A DNA stretch of 64,000 nucleotides from Octopus vulgaris (Eukaryota): the NCBI GenBank assembly GCA_951406725.2, contig OX597827.1, positions 56,544,001 to 56,608,000 on the forward strand, read 5' to 3'. The translations under genes were made by a program, and so were the position numbers. Below are positions 13,271 to 24,569 of the stretch, in pieces. Position 1 is the first letter of the stretch, and every line of letters starts with the position of its first letter. A model generated the notes under the pieces. That model had not been told where the DNA came from. It saw only the letters and a program-made list of their open reading frames with translations, and searched no databases.

Positions 13271-13310
<40 letters not shown>

Positions 13311-13364
13311 ACTATAATGGCCAGAATGAAAATTTACAGCAAAGAAATAAGAGTTAGTGCTTAC

Positions 13365-13562
13365 CTTGAGGACAATAAACATCGTAGGGGTGTCGACAGG
13401 TCAGATCTTCCTGGGACCAATAAAGACCATTTGGACATTCTTTTACAGAAGCCATTACTGTGCGATTGTCGCCACTTTGGGAACAGTGAACAAAAACATC
13501 ACAGCGAAGTGGGTGGGAATAATATCCAGCACCTGTATTTACAATACATGCTTCACAAAATC
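13365..13562 (-). CDS. Gene A coding exon 2: chitin-binding type-2 (peritrophin-A/CBM14) domain
   Basis: Acceptor ttttcAG and donor GTAAGC; 198 bp, phase 1-1. FCEACIVNTGAGYYSHPLRCDVFVHCSQSGDNRTVMASVKECPNGLYWSQEDLTCRHPYDVYCPQ has the HP-x-x-C-x-x-F-x-x-C and CP-x-GL-x-W-x5-C motifs. Confidence 0.92.
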
Positions 13563-14576
13563 CTGAAAATAAACAACATAACTTTATTACAATGGACTTA
13601 TATGAAATAATCGTTTCTACTAGAAGCACCAGATATGAAATTTTGGAGAAGGAGGATAGTTGATTACACTGATCTCAATGAGCAACAGGTATTTGTTTTG
13701 TAGACCCTGATCTTGGCAGAATTTGAACTCAGAACATGAGGATGGACGAAATGCTGCTAAGCATTTTGTCCAGCGTGCTAACGATTCTGCCAGCTCACTG
13801 TCTTATGCGAAATAATTCTTTCTAATTTTGGTACAAGGCTAGCAATTTTTAGGAATGAGACAAACCGTTTACATCGATCCAAGTGCTCAACTGGTATTTA
13901 TTTTATCGACCCCGTAAGGATGTAAAGTAACATTAATTTCAGTGGCATTTGAACTAAGAACGTAAAAAAACCAGAAGAAATGGACTAAGTATTTTTGCCT
14001 GGCACTGTAACAATTCTGCCAGTTTTCTGCCTTTTATATTAAACAAATAATAAAAAGGAATCTTTATACACTTGAAATTTAATTATCATGCAACAGAATG
14101 CATCCTTTCTTTTGAGAAACCTCTGGAATAATAATAAAAACAAAAAGTCGAAGCTATATTTTGTTACCAACGCCATAGCGTCGATGATATTTATTTTCGC
14201 CGAGCGCAACGCATTATGGTGTAGCCTGTCTCTTTCAAAATATACTTATGCAAACATTTATGTTCAATCCTTCAAGCCATTGCTGAATCATAGAGACTAT
14301 AATTTGCTAAGTACTCTTCTCAGTATCGATGATTGGATATGAAACAGACCATAACCTGGAACTCTATCGTACCGATTAGTTGGGGTACTAATGAAAATAC
14401 ACTAGCAGATCGATTATCTGGCAAGCTTGGGACCAGCAGTGTCCCAGATTCCTGAATTTTCCCAAAGACAATCTAAAATATAAACTTAAGATATAAAATA
14501 AATTGTGAAAAGTAAAGAAATAGATTGTATTAAGAGGATTCAAATTAATATTTCTAAAATATGTAATACTGTACTA

Positions 14577-15636
14577 CAAGGGGTGTTCATTAAAGATTTC
14601 CCCCAACCCACTTCCCGAAAACTGGGATAAACAAAAGTTGGCATAATTATTAGTCCTTCTCTACATGGCTACTACCGATGGTGACACATTTCTCCCATCG
14701 CTTTATGCAGCTGTGAAGACCCCCATCTTTAGATGTTGGTAGATTGTGTCTGGAGCCAAGACTTTATCTCGGAAATAAGTTCATCATCATCCGAAAAGTG
14801 CTTCCCCTTCAAAAACGACTTCATGGTTGAAAAGTGGTGGAAGTCAGAAGGTGCGAGGTCGGGAGAGTAAGGGGGATGAGGAAGGCTTTTATAGCTGCAG
14901 GAGTGTGCTTTCATTTGGGCAACATGCGCATTGTGAACTGGGGCGTTGTCTTGGAGAAGGTGGACTCCTTTGGTCAGCCTCTCTGCTTTGATGACGTCCT
15001 GCAATTTCTGCAGCAGTCAAACATAATATTCTTCATTAATTATGATGCCCTTTGCCAGAAAATCTATCATCACTACTCTGTGCTGGTCCCAAAAGACTGT
15101 GAGCATCACCTTGCTTGCTGAGATGGTGAGATCATGTTTCCATTGCTTCTACTGGACATTAGTCTCAGGATCATAGTGATGGACCATGTTTCATTCTGCG
15201 TCATAAGTCTACCGAAAAAGTGCTCTTTGTTTTCTTGGCACAATGGAAGCAATTGACTCGTTCCTGCTTCTGAAAAGGTGTGAGCATTCGGGGAATCCAT
15301 CATGCAGACAACTTCTACATGTGCAAATGGTCGTGAATGATGTTTTCCACGGACCCTATACTTATCTTCGCTTATTGGGTTAGTTGCCGAATAGTTATGG
15401 GGCGATCCTCCAAAATAATGACTTCCATTTTATGGATGGTGTCGTCATCAATGACAGAATGTGGTCGTCAAGGAATAGGAGCAGTTTCCAGCGATGTCCG
15501 ACCACATTTGAACAGGCGATACCAGTGCTTGACTACGTCGTATGATGGTGCGTCGTCACTATAAACTTCTTTCATCTCATTGAAAGTTTGTTTTGGTGTA
15601 TGACCTTTCATGTATAAGAACCTGATCACTGATCTG
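14577..15636 (-). mobile_element. Degenerate mariner transposon (DD34D)
   Basis: LLQDNAPVH, HPPYSPDLAPSDFHHF and LKGKHFSDDDE motifs; N-terminal HTH RSVIRFLYMKG..KHWYRLFKCGRTSLE; frameshifts; TA plus TIR-like end at 14575. Confidence 0.92.
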
Positions 15637-16678
15637 TTTTAGTCGCTTTTTCCTAAAGTTTTATTTGGGATAATAGTAAACGGATATTAAATCATAAGAT
15701 CTGAAGACGGACATGGAGCTTACCACATGAAATTTTTGAAACAATAGAAAGAAAATTACTTAAGTGAAATTAACAATTCAAATTTACCAGACAATGCTTT
15801 AACCAAATTATTCTAATTATTTTTCAATTGGAATCACTGTATAATAACGATGATTTGTTATCTCAACACTTTTCTATTTCATGTCTTGTTCCCATTAAGA
15901 AAGTTTCAACTATTCTTGACAGGAAGTAGTGAAATCTATGACTAAGGAGTGTGTATGTGTATTGGAATGTAACTGCTTGAGGATTGCCTGAGAGAGAGGA
16001 CAACCTGTCTCAATTGATATTGTTATTAATTTGTGATTTCAAAAGGGCTAGTTTTGAAAAGAAATAAATAAAAATCTCACAAAAACATGAGGTAAAAAAA
16101 TGAAAGTTTTCAGCAGAAAGATTTAGAGAATAATGATACGTTAGAATAAGTTTATAGATTTGATACTAAGTCAAAGGATGAAGCTTTGGCCAACATGACT
16201 TTTCATCTGGGATGGGAGAACCAGTAAACAAAGAGAGGCTATATATGCCACACCACCTGCTGAAAAATATTACCTCTCGAGAGCCCTTGAGTCAACGGTG
16301 GTTTCCCTAACATTGGCAGATAAAGGTAGTACCTGGTGGATAAACTCTTTTGTCAAGTGGAATCGCAATAATGTAGCTCACTGCACAGAAACCATCACTC
16401 ACTGTTGCAATAGCTTTGTGTTGTGAAACCTAGATACTGGGAGCGAAGATAGTGTGGATGTGATCACTACATAAACAATTTTTGAGGAGTATTTTTTTCC
16501 CCCATTCATTATGATTTTTTCGTGCTGTTTCGTTTGTTTTCTTTTCTGTTTGTTGTTTCCTTTTCTCAACCTCACAAGTCCAACAACGACGAGGAAGGAG
16601 TTGGTGTACTGTAGAAAACTCTAGCCCAGAACGTATACGTTAGTGGTGGATGCATGATAGTCACTTATTATTCGATTG

Positions 16679-16781
<103 letters not shown>

Positions 16782-16964
16782 AAATGAGAAAATGGAGAAA
16801 TATATCTAAATCAATCATCAACTATCAGATAATACCGAATCATATACTTTATTAAAACACTACACAATAGCAATGAGATTATACATTAATACAGTACAAT
16901 AATTACAATCAATATGGTGAAATATAACTAAATAAATATAACAAGATATAAAATACATTTACAT

Positions 16965-17080
16965 TATAACTGACAGCTGTTTCGGCCATGAAGATAGGTA
17001 TGTCTCATTTAACCTATTAGCCATATAATGCAGGTATAAATGAGACATTAACAAGAATATCTTACGGCCTCTTCGGAGAT
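16965..17080 (-). ncRNA. Hammerhead-ribozyme-like motif (variant core CCGAAGA) with long stem II, in a putative Penelope-like remnant
   Basis: Minus strand: CCGAAGA-GGCC-[~80 nt with atgtctcattta/taaatgagacat hairpin]-GGCC-GAAAC-AGCTGTC. Confidence 0.55.
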
Positions 17081-17478
17081 TCTAAATATATATATATATA
17101 AAGCTGAAGTTGTCTGTGTGGCAGGTTTGGTAGCCTTCAACTAACACTATCTCCTCTGAGACCCTGCGGCGCAAGTTGACCAAAATTAAGAGTATGATAG
17201 AAGAAGGCTTGCTCTTCATTCCGTAGAAGATAAAATTCAAATTGGACCATGTTAACACCAAAAATTATTTACATAAAAAAGGTGGGTTTTTTTCTATGAA
17301 AATCCCCATTTTTTAACGATTTTTTTATTGCTGTGTCGCCATTTTTCGGTGTATTTCAACCAGAAAAATATTCACTTAAAGAGAATAACAAGCTACATAA
17401 TGCAAAATTTTTACTTTTCAAAAATTCCAATTCTAAAGGGTCGAAACAAACCCAAGGAACGCCGGGCAATACTGCTAG
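17081..17478 (+). mobile_element. Non-autonomous Helitron, second family
   Basis: 5' TC(TA)n start; 3' acccaaggaacgccgggcaatactgCTAG|T; homologous to 54942-55247. Confidence 0.82.
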
Positions 17479-17499
17479 TATTAAATATTCTCGAGAGAT

Positions 17500-17950
17500 A
17501 CATGAAATGTCTGACCAGATGTACATAGGAACAGCATCACTCAGATCATGTTGAGAAAGGGATAGAGATGGTTCCTTAAACATCGCATGCTTCAACTTTG
17601 TCTGACTGAGAACTCGTATCCAGGATATCATCCATTTGTCATCATGTTTGTCCGTTGGGGCGACGAGGACCATCTAATCATTCTTAAGGATGACTGATGA
17701 CATTGTTTAAAGTGAAGAAGAGTTGTGCACCGTCAACTTCATTCCGTTGTCCACGACCATGTTCATTCCAGTGGCAAGACCAAGTCGAGACGACTGGGGA
17801 TGGAGACAGATGTAGTAGATAACCAAGATGTCTTACTTGCCTCATCTTGCTCTCTACACTCCATAATGCATTGCTGCAGCTCCCTTTCCCCTCCATTGAA
17901 CCATGAAGGTTTCTTCCACCAAATCTACTATGATCCAGTCTTCACATGCA
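17500..17950 (-). mobile_element. Degraded LINE (RTE-like) C-terminal fragment
   Basis: KMRQVRHLGYLLHL resembles the RTE R-x-LRW-GH motif; multiple stops. Confidence 0.4.
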
Positions 17951-18199
17951 TAATTAAGCAAGCCCTAACACTTTAATTAACCCATAACTGGGACCCTGAT
18001 AGTTGCTACTAATCCGGGTCAAAGGATATCTGGAAGCAATAGTGGCTCAAAACCATGAAGCACTCGAACCAGAGCCCCACTATTGGATGCGGTTTTGTTG
18101 CTGTGTATCCATTTATATACACAACAACGAAACAAAAACAAGACTACTCTTATCTTTGAGAACTTAGAAACCTGAGGACGTTTCTGGATCTTAAAATTC

Positions 18200-18440
18200 C
18201 TGAGTGACTTGAATGATGTATAACTTGTTGCTCGAGTTACTTCAAAATTTCTATGTAGACATTGTAGCACTTAACGAAACCAGAATAGTTGGCGAGGGTA
18301 ATCAAACTGAGAAATTTGAAAGAAGACAAACTGTTGAACCACAAATAAACGGTGTTTATTTCAGCATAAAAACAACTTTGGTAAAGAAATTCAGTATTTA
18401 ACCAATCTTTGTAAGCGAATGTTTTATTACTCTTTGAATT
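18200..18440 (+). mobile_element. RTE-type LINE apurinic endonuclease fragment
   Basis: VDIVALNETRIVGEG and NGVYFSIKTTLV resemble the RTE APE motifs IDIAALSETR..GEG and GVGFAIK. Confidence 0.65.
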
Positions 18441-18505
18441 CTTCAGTCACACACTTGATAGCATCCTAAGAAGGTCTTTTATACTTCCCAGTATCATGAT
18501 CATTT

Positions 18506-18790
18506 GTAGCATATGAATTGAGGATTTGCATTCTCTCCCCAAGATCCCAATTTCAGCCATACTTTGCTCCAGACGGGTTGGTATGTACCCTGTTGCTCAT
18601 GTAGCATATGAATTAAGGATTTGCATTCTCTCCCCAAGATCCCAATTTCAGCCATACTTTGCTCCAGACGGGTTGGTATGTACCCTGTTGCTCATGTAGC
18701 ATATGAATTAAGGATTTGCATTCTCTCCCCAAGGTTCCAATTTTTGCCATACTTTGCTCCAGACGGGTTGGTATGTACCCTGTTGCTCAT
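18506..18790 (+). repeat. 95-bp tandem repeat x3, followed by (GTAT)n
   Basis: Units start at 18506, 18601 and 18696 (gtagcatatgaatt...ccctgttgctcat), nearly identical. Confidence 0.95.
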
Positions 18791-18938
18791 GTATGTATGT
18801 ATGTATGTATGTATGTATGTATGTATGTATGTATGTATGTATGTATGTATGTATGTATGTATGTATGTATGCGTATGTGCACGTGTGCGTGTATGAACGA
18901 ATGTATGTAAATATATAGGTAGGAATTTAGGTACTTAC

Positions 18939-19059
18939 GGTCAAGGTCTGTATCCATGGTACTTTGGCTCGAAGCAAACGTCACTAGAGTTAAAATGCCC
19001 AACAGAACAATTTTCCATGAACGGTGCATACTTTTCTGGTAGTTCGGTAGATTTTCCAT
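18939..19059 (-). CDS. Gene A coding exon 1: start codon and signal peptide
   Basis: MENLPNYQKSMHRSWKIVLLGILTLVTFASSQSTMDTDLD has a hydrophobic core, then a phase-1 donor GTAAGT compatible with exon 2. An acceptor (acacAG) 2 nt upstream of the ATG implies an upstream UTR exon. Confidence 0.8.
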
Positions 19060-19234
19060 AGCTGTGTTTTAAGACAATAATACAAAAAGGGAGAAATCAG
19101 TTTCTTAATGGTCTTCAGGTATGTATCATCTTTATATATAGTCGTTGTTGAATATGTAGAGACTGTTGATTGGTAAGATATGTTTAAAGATCGTTGGTCT
19201 GTCTCAATAGAAAATCTTCGTCAACAAGGAATAA

Positions 19235-19274
<40 letters not shown>

Positions 19275-19387
19275 ACATGGAAAGAATTTTTCGCTTCAAA
19301 ATTAAATCTCATATGTGAACACCATCGTAAACAATGACTGGACTGTTTCCCTTTAAATTTTTATTCTTTTACATTTTGTCTGTCTGC

Positions 19388-19531
<144 letters not shown>

Positions 19532-20814
19532 TTTCATTTTATGAGACATTTCTTCTTCTTCTTCTTCTTCTTCTTCTTCTTCTTCTTCTTCATATTTGTT
19601 TTATTTATTTAGTAGTGTGTCCTCTTTGGTCGTTCTCAAATCCCTTCATTGCCAGTGCCTCTGTAAAAAGGTAAAAAAAAGAGCAAAAAATCCCCGACGA
19701 AACAACTCCTCTCTCTCTCTCTATCTGTGTGTGTGTATATGTATTTATGTATATATATATATATATATATATTACCATCACCACTTACATCAACAAGAAC
19801 CACTTCCCCTAAAAAAAGAAAAGAAAGAAGAAAGAAAAAGAAGAAAATACAACAATGTTGTCAACAGCGCCATTTCCCTTTTATCTAGACAGAAGGGACA
19901 TCCGCCCCGAGAACATTTGCAAGAGATTGTAAAGTTCTCTTTTCATTGCCAAATATCCCATCCAGACGTCACCGCATACCGTACGTAGTTAGAGAATAGA
20001 TTATTTATTTATCAGATCCCTTTCAAGGCTGATGTCGATTCGTTGGTAAATAAGAGATTTAGAAGCTAGATTTGGAAGCTCATTTTCGTCTTACATTTTT
20101 ACGTGCGATGTACTATAGGGATGGCAACAGCGCTTGTTTGATCCTTTACTTTATTACCACATTTTTTTTCTTTTCTGATCGTCTGTCTGCCATCTTTTCT
20201 CAATCTCTTTATTTCCTTTATTTCGATCAACTGTTTATTTCATCTTCAGACGTCCCGCTTTCATTACGAGTAAACAGTTCAAATGCAAGCAAGGTCGGGT
20301 GGTGAAATATTAATAATTGTAAAGCTAACGCTACGAAAGGAAGACATTACATTATTCCTTTAAGCTAGAGTTCTTAAGTTGTTATTTTCAAGTTCAAAAC
20401 ACGAAGCTGAAAAATAGCTGTTTGCCAAAGACACCGACCGAATTTATGAACAAACGAGAGAGGCTCTACACTATTCATCGCACAATCATTTCTTAACCAA
20501 GGACTCTATTATCCAAATTAATTTTACCACAGATCCTAGGTTTTTGAAGGACATGTCAACTCAATCAATTGATCTTATAAACCAACGACAAACTTGTTTA
20601 TCCAGCTTCACATCTCAGCTGAAAGACATGTGTAACTGAATAATTATATGTAATTGAATAGTTATAGATCTTACGTTGCAGCTCTTTAAGGTTTTAGAAT
20701 ATAGTTCATTGAACTCTAGTACTGCTTCAATAGTTCACTAAGAGGTCTACAGATCCTGTGTAGGGAAGATCTGCTTCATGCAGTTGCTTATAAGAGATAT
20801 CTACCAACTCCGTG

Positions 20815-21025
20815 GCCGGTAATAAAGTCACAATTTTGTCTAGGAAATAAAGTCAGGTAATCAAACAAAAATATTCAAGTCAGTCACAATTTATTAAAGT
20901 ACCATTAACAAGTAATAAAACAAAATATTTTAAATCAGTTATTAACTGATATTGACAACACTATTCATATATGATGGCATTACATGTAACTTTTTTTCCG
21001 ACTTTTTATTTGTGACTTTGTTTAA
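20815..21025. mobile_element. Foldback/MULE-like MITE fragment with aaagtcac subterminal repeats (related piece at ~5860-5977)
   Basis: ccggtaataaagtcacaattttg is the reverse complement of 5952-5975 (caaattgtgactttattaccgg). Confidence 0.5.
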
Positions 21026-21119
21026 TGATTTACCAATTCTCTTTCTAATCACTACTGTCTTAAAGAGAGAAAAATATATTGGATACTGTAGTCTGAAAAA
21101 TATATATATATACATATTT

Positions 21120-21286
21120 ACGACGGGCTTCTTTCAGTTTCTGTTTTCCGAATCCACTCACAAGGCTTTGGTCGGTCCAAGGCTATGGTAGAAGACACTT
21201 GTCCAAGGTGCCACGCAGTGGGATTGAACCTGGAACCATGTGGTTCGTAAGCAAGCTACTTACCACACAACCACTCATACACCTAT
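21120..21286 (-). mobile_element. SINE family 1, 5' half
   Basis: acgacgggcttctttcagttt...gcaagctacttaccacaca. Confidence 0.85.
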
Positions 21287-21644
21287 ATTACGTCACACTT
21301 AATAGAAAATATGGCGCTAGTTGGTCATAAATGTAACAATTGTTTCTAATTTAGGTACAACGTCCGCAGTTTTTTGAGGATAGGCGTTTAGTCAATTACA
21401 TCGACTCTGAAAGAAATGAAAGACAAAGTTGATCTCGGTGGAGGTCATATATGTAATAATCACATCAACTCTGGAATGAGGATGGTGGCAGAAACGATAG
21501 AGTATAAGACCAAATGCTTTGAAGTACAGACACCCAGACGTTATGACAAACTTAAGGTACAGAATTTTATGCTTAGGAAAATTGAAAAGTAAGACCACTA
21601 ATTTTGTGGAACCGTCTGTAATTTTGTCCTAACTGACACTCGGA

Positions 21645-21699
<55 letters not shown>

Positions 21700-21900
21700 C
21701 AATAAAAAAATGGAGAGGATCAATAGGTGGTTCATCAACTTTTAGACATATTATGTCAACTTATTTATTTATTTACTAAAATGACAATTACAAGAATATA
21801 CATACATGCATAACATATTATGCTTTACATATAAAATATATTAATGTATAAAGATACCAGTAATTATTAAAATATAACATACAGGAATATAAATTGGGAC

Positions 21901-22030
21901 AATAACTTACAGCTGTTTCAGCCAAGAGGCAAAAATACCTCATTCTACCTTTATTCCTCCAGTAGACTGAAGTAATAAGTAGATGGAATTGAGGTACTTG
22001 GGTGTTTCTCTAGGCTTCGTCAGAGATTTT
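21901..22030 (-). ncRNA. Hammerhead-ribozyme-like motif (canonical core) with long stem II, in a putative Penelope-like remnant
   Basis: Minus strand: CTGACGA-AGCCTAGAG-[~70 nt with tacctca/tgaggta hairpin]-CTCTTGGCT-GAAAC-AGCTGTA. Confidence 0.62.
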
Positions 22031-22590
22031 ATAAAGTACATAAGGTTAAGTTATAAATAAATATAATATAAATATATAAATATAAATATATATATATATT
22101 CAGCCATTATCCCCACCAATGTCTATCATCAACACCAACATAACCAGCATCAATACAGCCACTTCCATTAGCAACTCACTACTTCCTTAATGATCAACAG
22201 CAACACCAAGATAAACAATTCTATTTAAAATAAGGGACAATCATATGAGATAATATGGTACCCTAGAGCATTTTAAAAGTTAAATGAAAGGTTTTTGATC
22301 GTAGTCCAATGAAGATTGACTTGAGACAAAATGACAACAACAATACAATTAATAAAATCAATATGGCCACCGCCATCCCCAACAATACCCTTATCATCAT
22401 CAGCATTACCACTATCATCGACGTCAAAACCAATACAATCAATAATTCCACCACTACCAACCCGCCAACTATTGAATAACTAACTGGCAACAACAACAGT
22501 AATATGAGCATGATAGCTGTGTCTGTAGCTACATATATTGTACATCAATATAACAGAGTGTACGTGTATCGAGAGAGGCAGAAAGGGAGA

Positions 22591-22623
<33 letters not shown>

Positions 22624-22943
22624 TCAGAGAGCAAGAGAGAGAGCATGTGTGTATATATATTTTCTGGTTCAAGTCAGAGGTGAAAGGAGCAAAGTGCCCA
22701 TGAATCTGGTAACCCTTCAACTAACTGTAATTATACAATATTTCTTTCCACCACATCCTTCATTCTTTCGTCTGCTTATTCCCAGTTTTGCATCCATAAG
22801 AATAAAACAAAAATTTTTTGCTCTCACAAAATAATACTTTCCTAGCTCTATTTTTAAAACTACATATTTGTTGTGGATAACTATTGATTGCTGCCACAGT
22901 TTTATTTACTTGCAAAGAAGCTATCAGACGGAACTGAAGGCTG

Positions 22944-23930
22944 TAATGCGAAAAGGAACCGTAAAGGAATTACATTGATATTAAACTTGATGTTTTAAAA
23001 AGGCTCAATGCAGGAGAAAAAATTCAGCCACATTGCCAAAATATTAAAGCATGCAATGTCTATAGTGAGAATTATGCATGGCAATAGGGAGAAAATTAAA
23101 ATTAAGCTCAGTGCTCAAGAAGTTACTCAGTTAACTGCTCGGACCTTATTTTTTTTTCAGATCTAATGTGATACTTAAAATGGGACGGCTCTTGAGTGTA
23201 CGGATAGAAGTTCAGACTCGATGTAAGGTGCTGATATGTACGATGGTAATTTAAAGAAATGTATGTATGATGATTTGCAGACAAGTGAAACTTAATAAAA
23301 ATAAAAAAAAGAAAGAAAAATGGACTTTTCTGGTTGAAAGTTTAACCCTTTTGTTACCAACCCAGCTGAAACCACCTCTGGCTCTGTAGTACAAATGTCT
23401 TGTTTTCAGAATTTTTGAATTAAAATCTTCCACCAAACCTTAGTCAAAATTTATGTTCCTAACACTAGCTTAATGATAACTAGGTTATTTTACTAAATTC
23501 TTTGTTATATTAAAAAATAATTGAAAGAAACACAGAGCATCTCAAAATAAATACAGTAATGAAAGGGTGAAGCATTTGAATTTGCAGAAGATAAATGAGT
23601 GGTGAAACTGCCAGTGCTGATAAATATGCTACTACTAATTATCCTGAGAAGCCGGAGGAAAAAAAAATGGCCGATTGCTAAAGGATGTTAGACATCAGAG
23701 AAAGTATACAGTTTGATGAAATGCCACTTTTCTGGAATATATTATCAATACCATATCAAAAAATAAAACATCATTTTAATCTATAACTTTCGGTTCTCGA
23801 GAAGAAAAATCAACACCAAGATTTAAGTTTCCAAAGATCGTATCACGTTTCTTCTGGGAGGAAATCTCTCTGATGATAAAGAAATTAAAACCCCTTCTCA
23901 TGTATCACTCTGAAACTCAAAGACTTTCAA
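22944..23930 (+). mobile_element. Tigger/pogo (CENP-B/DDE_1) transposase fossil
   Basis: Broken frames give KRNRKGITL (psq HTH), GETASAD, FDEMPLFW, KDRITFLLGGN and KLKPLLMYHSE. Confidence 0.8.
23346..23567. mobile_element. piggyBac-like MITE nested in the Tigger fossil
   Basis: TTAA|ccctttt...aaaggg|tgaa: CCC/GGG termini with a TTAA-type TSD, mutated on the right. Confidence 0.72.
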
Positions 23931-24569
23931 CTGTTACGCAAAGTACCAAGTATCTTATATTTTGTCAAATATCTTATAATGTCATAATTTATATATTCAC
24001 CCATCCATCTCCGCCCACTGTTCCTGAGAGAGTTGTTGGGTATAATCCTCAGGCACTTCCTCCAAAGGGTCCTATCAAAAGCAACCATCCTTCTGGCTGA
24101 ATTTTCAAGCGTGACCAACTGAGATTCAGCTATCTTGCTTTTGGTCTCAGGGATTTTGGTCCATCCTCAGGTCTTAAAATGGCTTATTCAGCTTTCCGTC
24201 TTGTGATTCTTTCCTGCGACATTATAATCACACATCTCTAGTATCGGAGCTATAACCTATCAACGTGGAGAAGTAGTGGCTCACCTTGAAGAGACTCCCT
24301 GATCTCTGAGCTACGCACTCTGTCAAGTAATATTTTTTACAAAATCATTTAGTTTTTTTTTTCAAAGTTGATGTGATTGCCAAACCAGCATTTCATATAG
24401 TGTCACAAATTTGTTTGCATCACTGTGTTTTATTTTCAAAATAACAACGCAGAAGACATTTTGTATGGTCTATTTATCATTGCACACGGAAGAGAATAAT
24501 AGGATAAATGCATACATGTATCGAGAAAAAAAAGATGTAAGGAGCGAGTTTATCAAACTCGTTCTTAAC

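Noticed and set aside
18506-18790. Possible CRISPR-like array
   Set aside because: Contiguous identical units with no unique spacers; eukaryotic context with no cas genes.
19789-19950. Candidate 5' UTR exon of gene A (minus-strand GTAAGT donor at 19783-19788)
   Set aside because: Only a donor motif supports it; it cannot be distinguished from chance without transcript data.
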